Shown here: positions 60,129 through 64,000 of the stretch, piece after piece
Layout: each line of letters opens with the position of its first letter
Numbering within the stretch: position 1 is the stretch's first letter
Assembly (NCBI GenBank): GCA_029953675.1
Contig: JAMWBK010000003.1
Coordinates: 1-64,000 of the forward strand
Source of the DNA: Rhodosorus marinus CCMP1338
Taxonomy: Eukaryota; Plantae; Rhodophyta
Reading direction: 5' to 3'
Length of the DNA stretch: 64,000 bases
Position numbers and translations under genes: made by a program
Notes under the pieces: model-generated
Seen by the model: only the letters and a program-made list of their open reading frames with translations
Database searches by the model: none
What the model was told of the DNA's origin: nothing

Positions 60129-61734
60129 GACATAAGACTGCAGGTCCATCGGCTGCCACCTCGCAGCCGTGCCCGGCGAGCTAATCGTGCTTTTCCCCCT
60201 TAGACCCGGGGGAACCGGTCCTATCGCGCTTGCCTCCTAACCTCACCAAACTGGTCAACCGGCCACTCTGCGAGGCTCGCGCGATGGCTCCCCCGGGATT
60301 CAACAAAGTAATAGGGGCGTTCTCCACCGACATGCCCACCGGCTCCCCTTCCTCGCCACTCGCACTGCAAGTGGTGCTTGGAGCGAAGCCCTCTAATACT
60401 CCCAAACTCCGTAGCTCTGCCTTGTGATTTGAGGTCAGCACAAGGTGCCTCTCCCGGTCAAAAAGGTAGAGGCGGCTGCGCGCAGATGGCGTGGACCCGA
60501 CGCAAAACGCTCCAAAAGTATTCGCCCCATGCGATGAATGCGAAACCAATGGATGGCTGCAGCTTTCGCACTGGTGTCGTTGTCGTGCTCAGATAGGCCT
60601 ACTGTTTCTCCGGGAGAGAGGAAAGTGCTCGAAAAACGAATGCAATACGACCTGGGGTTGAGAACGCAACCAGCAGGCGCTCTCCGGCCCCTGCTCGGTA
60701 GGCTTCTCTAGCAGGGCCTGCAGGTATGTGGCCGCGGTTTCAGTGACCACAAAGAGGACATCGCGACCCTTACAATTGGCGAAGATGAAGTCTTCGCGGC
60801 TACACCCCAAGGACACTCGGCAAAAGTATCTCGAAAATCTCGCATGGACGAGACCTAGCCCCGTGTAGTCTGGGGCCGAACGTTGCGCACTCAGAGGAAT
60901 TGCAACTTAGCCGCCGCAGGTCCGCCCTGCTACTCGCGAGAGGGCAAAAATCTTAGCATAACCGCCGTCCGTGCGGCTGTGGAACCCTTCCGCAAAACTG
61001 AGACGTAAGAAGGGCCCCCCCTTGGGACCACCGCGTGCCCCCGCCGTGGCCTGGAGCAGTGCTGCCCCATGACGGGAAAATCCGCTCCCGCTGAGGGAGC
61101 ATTCGAAGGATTAGGCAGCTCTGCACCCCTCTCCGAAGAGGCGCCAGCCGCGGAACCACCTTTGTCACCTCCAGATCCCGGAGCTCCATCGCCTGTCCGG
61201 GGACAGGTTGTTGATTGACCTGGTGAAGTTGACTGTCTTCCGTTTCAACTTGGCCACCCAGCTGGAATTCAAATTCTCACCCGACCAGCCGCCTAGCTTC
61301 TGGGTAAGCTGAGGAATGACACCTCGATCGCCCGCGGCCGTGATCAGGCTTGTTACAGCAGAGAGCAGGGCACGCACTTGCGTAGCAGAGGTGCCCTGTA
61401 ACTCCACCTGCGTGGAGAAAGGGCCCGCACGAAGAGACACTCTGTGTCCACCCTCAGTAGACACCTCTGCCCGCGGGATCTCCGGACCCTCAGGAGTGGA
61501 GTGCGGAGGGACCCCGGCCATCACGGAATAATGTGTTGAACAGGAGTTTCTCGAAGGAACCCGACGAAAAAAAAACGCACAAACCAGCGCTTCAGACCTA
61601 AAACCTGGATCGAACACACCCAAAGGGGGAGAATCCTCGACAAGCAACCACGAAACCCGAAAAAGCGGGGGCAAAGACAGCGAGAGGATGCGCCTGCAAC
61701 GAGGAACACTCTCGAAGCTTAACACGACTCCACT

Positions 61735-62900
61735 GGCTTCATTGGGCTTTACTAGCATTTTTAGCATAGCCCCAAGCGCTACTCAAAGCGTGAAGCCTAA
61801 AGCGTCAAGGAAAGCGTGCAAAGCGTCGAAAGGAACTAAGAACTAGGTAGGGAAGCGTGCAAACCCAGGCGCCGATAGCGCGCCTCGGCCAGCATACTGC
61901 TCGAATGTCGCCACAGAGAGACACTTAAACGACGCAAAAGTACCAAGTATTCAACAGGATCCTCAGCGATATTTCCGCAACCACTACAAACCCGACTTCT
62001 CCACGTGACCAAAGCTTTCCACAATGAAAGGCTGGAACCGGTGGGAGCGTCCCTCAGCGCGAGGCAGACTGGCCATACTCTCAGCATACCGTCGTTCTTT
62101 CACTCGGCGAAGGGTCGAAGCAGCTGCTCCCCGGCGGCGAGCGGCGGCCGTGAAATGGGCGCTTGCTACAGGGCATGTAATCGCGAGGTCAACATAAACT
62201 GAGCGTCTGGCGGCAGCGTCGGAGACAAGGAGATCTGCGATACAGCGCGGCGGTGCCCTATCCGAGAACGATCTGGGTAGTTCCGTATGCCCTACCCGAG
62301 TCAAACATTCGCTGAGGATGTACTCGAAGCGAGTGTGACGCCTCGTACGAAGACCTCTCAACAGTCCACTTGAACCTAAGAAATGGTAACCACAAGCATA
62401 GATCCGACTCCCACATCCCCGACAGAAAGACGGCCGATTAGAGTGCCACGGAGCTTGTGGCAAACCCAGATAGATCCGTGCAGCAGAGCGGAACTGAAAG
62501 GCATCCAGACGGTGACCCAGTGACAAAGGCAACCTGGTTAACCACAAGTGCGACAGGTTGTCTCCCATGCCTCGGAGGCGAGCGGCTGCGGTAGGCGGTG
62601 TGAGGGAAGGGTTGAGCAAGATTGCGTGAGCGGCACTGTGTTGGCCTCAGGTGAGGCTATGTTGAATCACATCAGTGCGCGAGCTCCACAATCGGCTCAG
62701 ACCTGGGTGATCGGCAACCGGTGACCCGGGGCTGGCTTCCCCCTCGTCGGCAAGCACTCTGTCGATGGGAGAGTCCGCGATCGCCTCAGTTCGTCCCCAT
62801 AAGAGTTCCTTCTAGCAGCGAAATCGGGATCGGCTCTCGTCCGGCACGGGGTTGTACTTACTGAACGCCTGTTGCAGAGCATCATAGATGCTCGTCCGCT
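61735..62900 (-). mobile_element. Family B 3' fragment (RLE region) with a stuttered tail
   Basis: 211-aa ORF 61984-62619 with CRGC..H..RRHTR..CIADLLV..FIVESFG. Confidence 0.88.
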
Positions 62901-62973
62901 TTGGCTGCCATCCACGAGCCCCAATGTGGTGGAAGGCTTACGCCGTTTAAGTGTCTCTCTGTGGCGATATTCT

Positions 62974-64000
62974 GGGCTGTACTGGGCTTTACTGGCTTTA
63001 CTGGCTTTACTGGGCTTTACTGGACTGGACTTTACTAGCATAGCCTGAAGCGCTACGCAAGGCGTGAAGATGAACTAATAACTAGGGAGGGAAGTATGCA
63101 ACCCCAGGCGCCGATGGCGCCTCGGAAAGCATGTCGCTGGAATATCGCCAAAGGGAGACACTTAAACGCCTCAAGAGCGCCAAATATTCAGAAGGATGCT
63201 CAGCAAAACATTTCCGCAACCACTCTAAACCCGACTTATCGACGTGACCAAAGCTTTCCACAATGAATGGCTGGAACCGGTGAGAGCGACCCTCAGCGCA
63301 AGGCAGACTGGCCATGCTCTCAGCATACCGTCGTTCCTTAACTCTTCGAAGGGCTGAAGCCGCGGCCCCCCGGCGGCGGGCGGCTGCGGTGAGGTGGGCG
63401 CTGGCCACGGGGCAGGTAATCGCAAGGTCCACATATGTTGAGCGTCTGGCAGCAGCGTCGGAGACGAGGAGATCGGCTATACAACGGGGCGGTGCAGAGT
63501 CCGAGATTGATCTGGGCAGTTCCGACTCAACCTCAACCGTATGCCCTATCCGAGTCAAATATTCGCTGAGGATGTACTTGAGGCGAGTGTGACGCCTCGT
63601 ACGGAGACCTCGCAACAGTCCGCAGGAACCCAGGAAGTGGTAGCCACAAGCGTCAATCCGGCTCTCACATCCCTGACAGAAAGACGGCCGATTAGAGTGC
63701 CACGGAGCCTGTGGCAAACCGAGATAGATCCGTGCGGCAGAACGGAACTGGAAAGCATCGAGACGATGACTCAATGACGACGGTAGAGTGGTTAACCACA
63801 AGTGCGAGAGGTGGCCTCCCATGCCGCGGAGACGAGCGGCAGTGGTAGGCGGCGTGAGAGGAGAATTGAGCATGACTGTGTGAGCGGCACTGTGTTGGCC
63901 CCAGGTGAGGCTATGTTGAATCACATCAGTGCGGGAGCTCCACAATCGGCTCAAACCCGGGTAGTCTGCAACAGGTGACCCGGGGCTAGCCTCTCCGTCA
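62974..64000 (-). mobile_element. Family A copy 4, 3' part, runs off the window end; long compound tail
   Basis: Near-identical to the 3' ends of copies 2 and 3; tail of about 7 (AGTAAAGCC/GCCC/GTCC)-type units at 62974-63040. Confidence 0.92.

Larger units (their letters stand above)
56990..61730 (-). mobile_element. Family B element, degraded (ORF2 part 56990-59127; ORF1 and 5'UTR 60129-61730, ATG 61521)
   Basis: Homologous to A throughout (MAGVPPHST; GSKGEKHD; GVQQGDPCGP; YHHD); split by the tRNA chimera and by a 57412-57528 insert. Confidence 0.88.

Noticed and set aside
29880-63090. Recurrent ~50-nt repeat CTAGCATAGCCTGAAGCGCTACGCAAGGCGTGAAG as a CRISPR repeat or stand-alone ncRNA
   Set aside because: It is the family A 3'UTR, directly following the ORF2 stop in full copies, and its spacing is irregular
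1-64000. True telomeric array, rRNA or DNA transposase
   Set aside because: None seen; telomere-like units occur only as short element tails

Overview
Eukaryotic, retroelement-dominated window. GT-AG introns and a cytosolic-type tRNA show it is eukaryotic; an algal host is only a guess. Most of it is nested non-LTR retrotransposons of the RT plus restriction-like endonuclease (RLE) type, CRE-clade-like. I label them A (three near-full ~4.8 kb copies plus one partial), B (diverged A relatives), C (one internally deleted copy, many 3' fragments) and D (fragments); these names are mine. The near-complete A, B and C copies are bicistronic, with an unfamiliar ORF1 and a YHDD catalytic motif (HHDD in copy 1, YHHD in B); D survives only as separate ORF1 and RLE fragments. 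There is also one internally deleted Copia LTR element. Every host gene or pseudogene I could recognise encodes a predicted secreted protein: a Cys-rich paralog family, a beta-propeller-like protein and a coiled-coil repeat protein. Main result: a full-length tRNA-Asp carrying CCA is fused to the 5' end of a truncated B retrotransposon, and the chimera sits inside an 11-bp target-site duplication (TSD), which is the architecture of a newly born tRNA-headed SINE. A/B insertions repeatedly show 11-bp TSDs starting with AG, their tails end in CC(A), and they nest in themselves and at one recurrent site in family C. Boundaries of degraded fragments are approximate.
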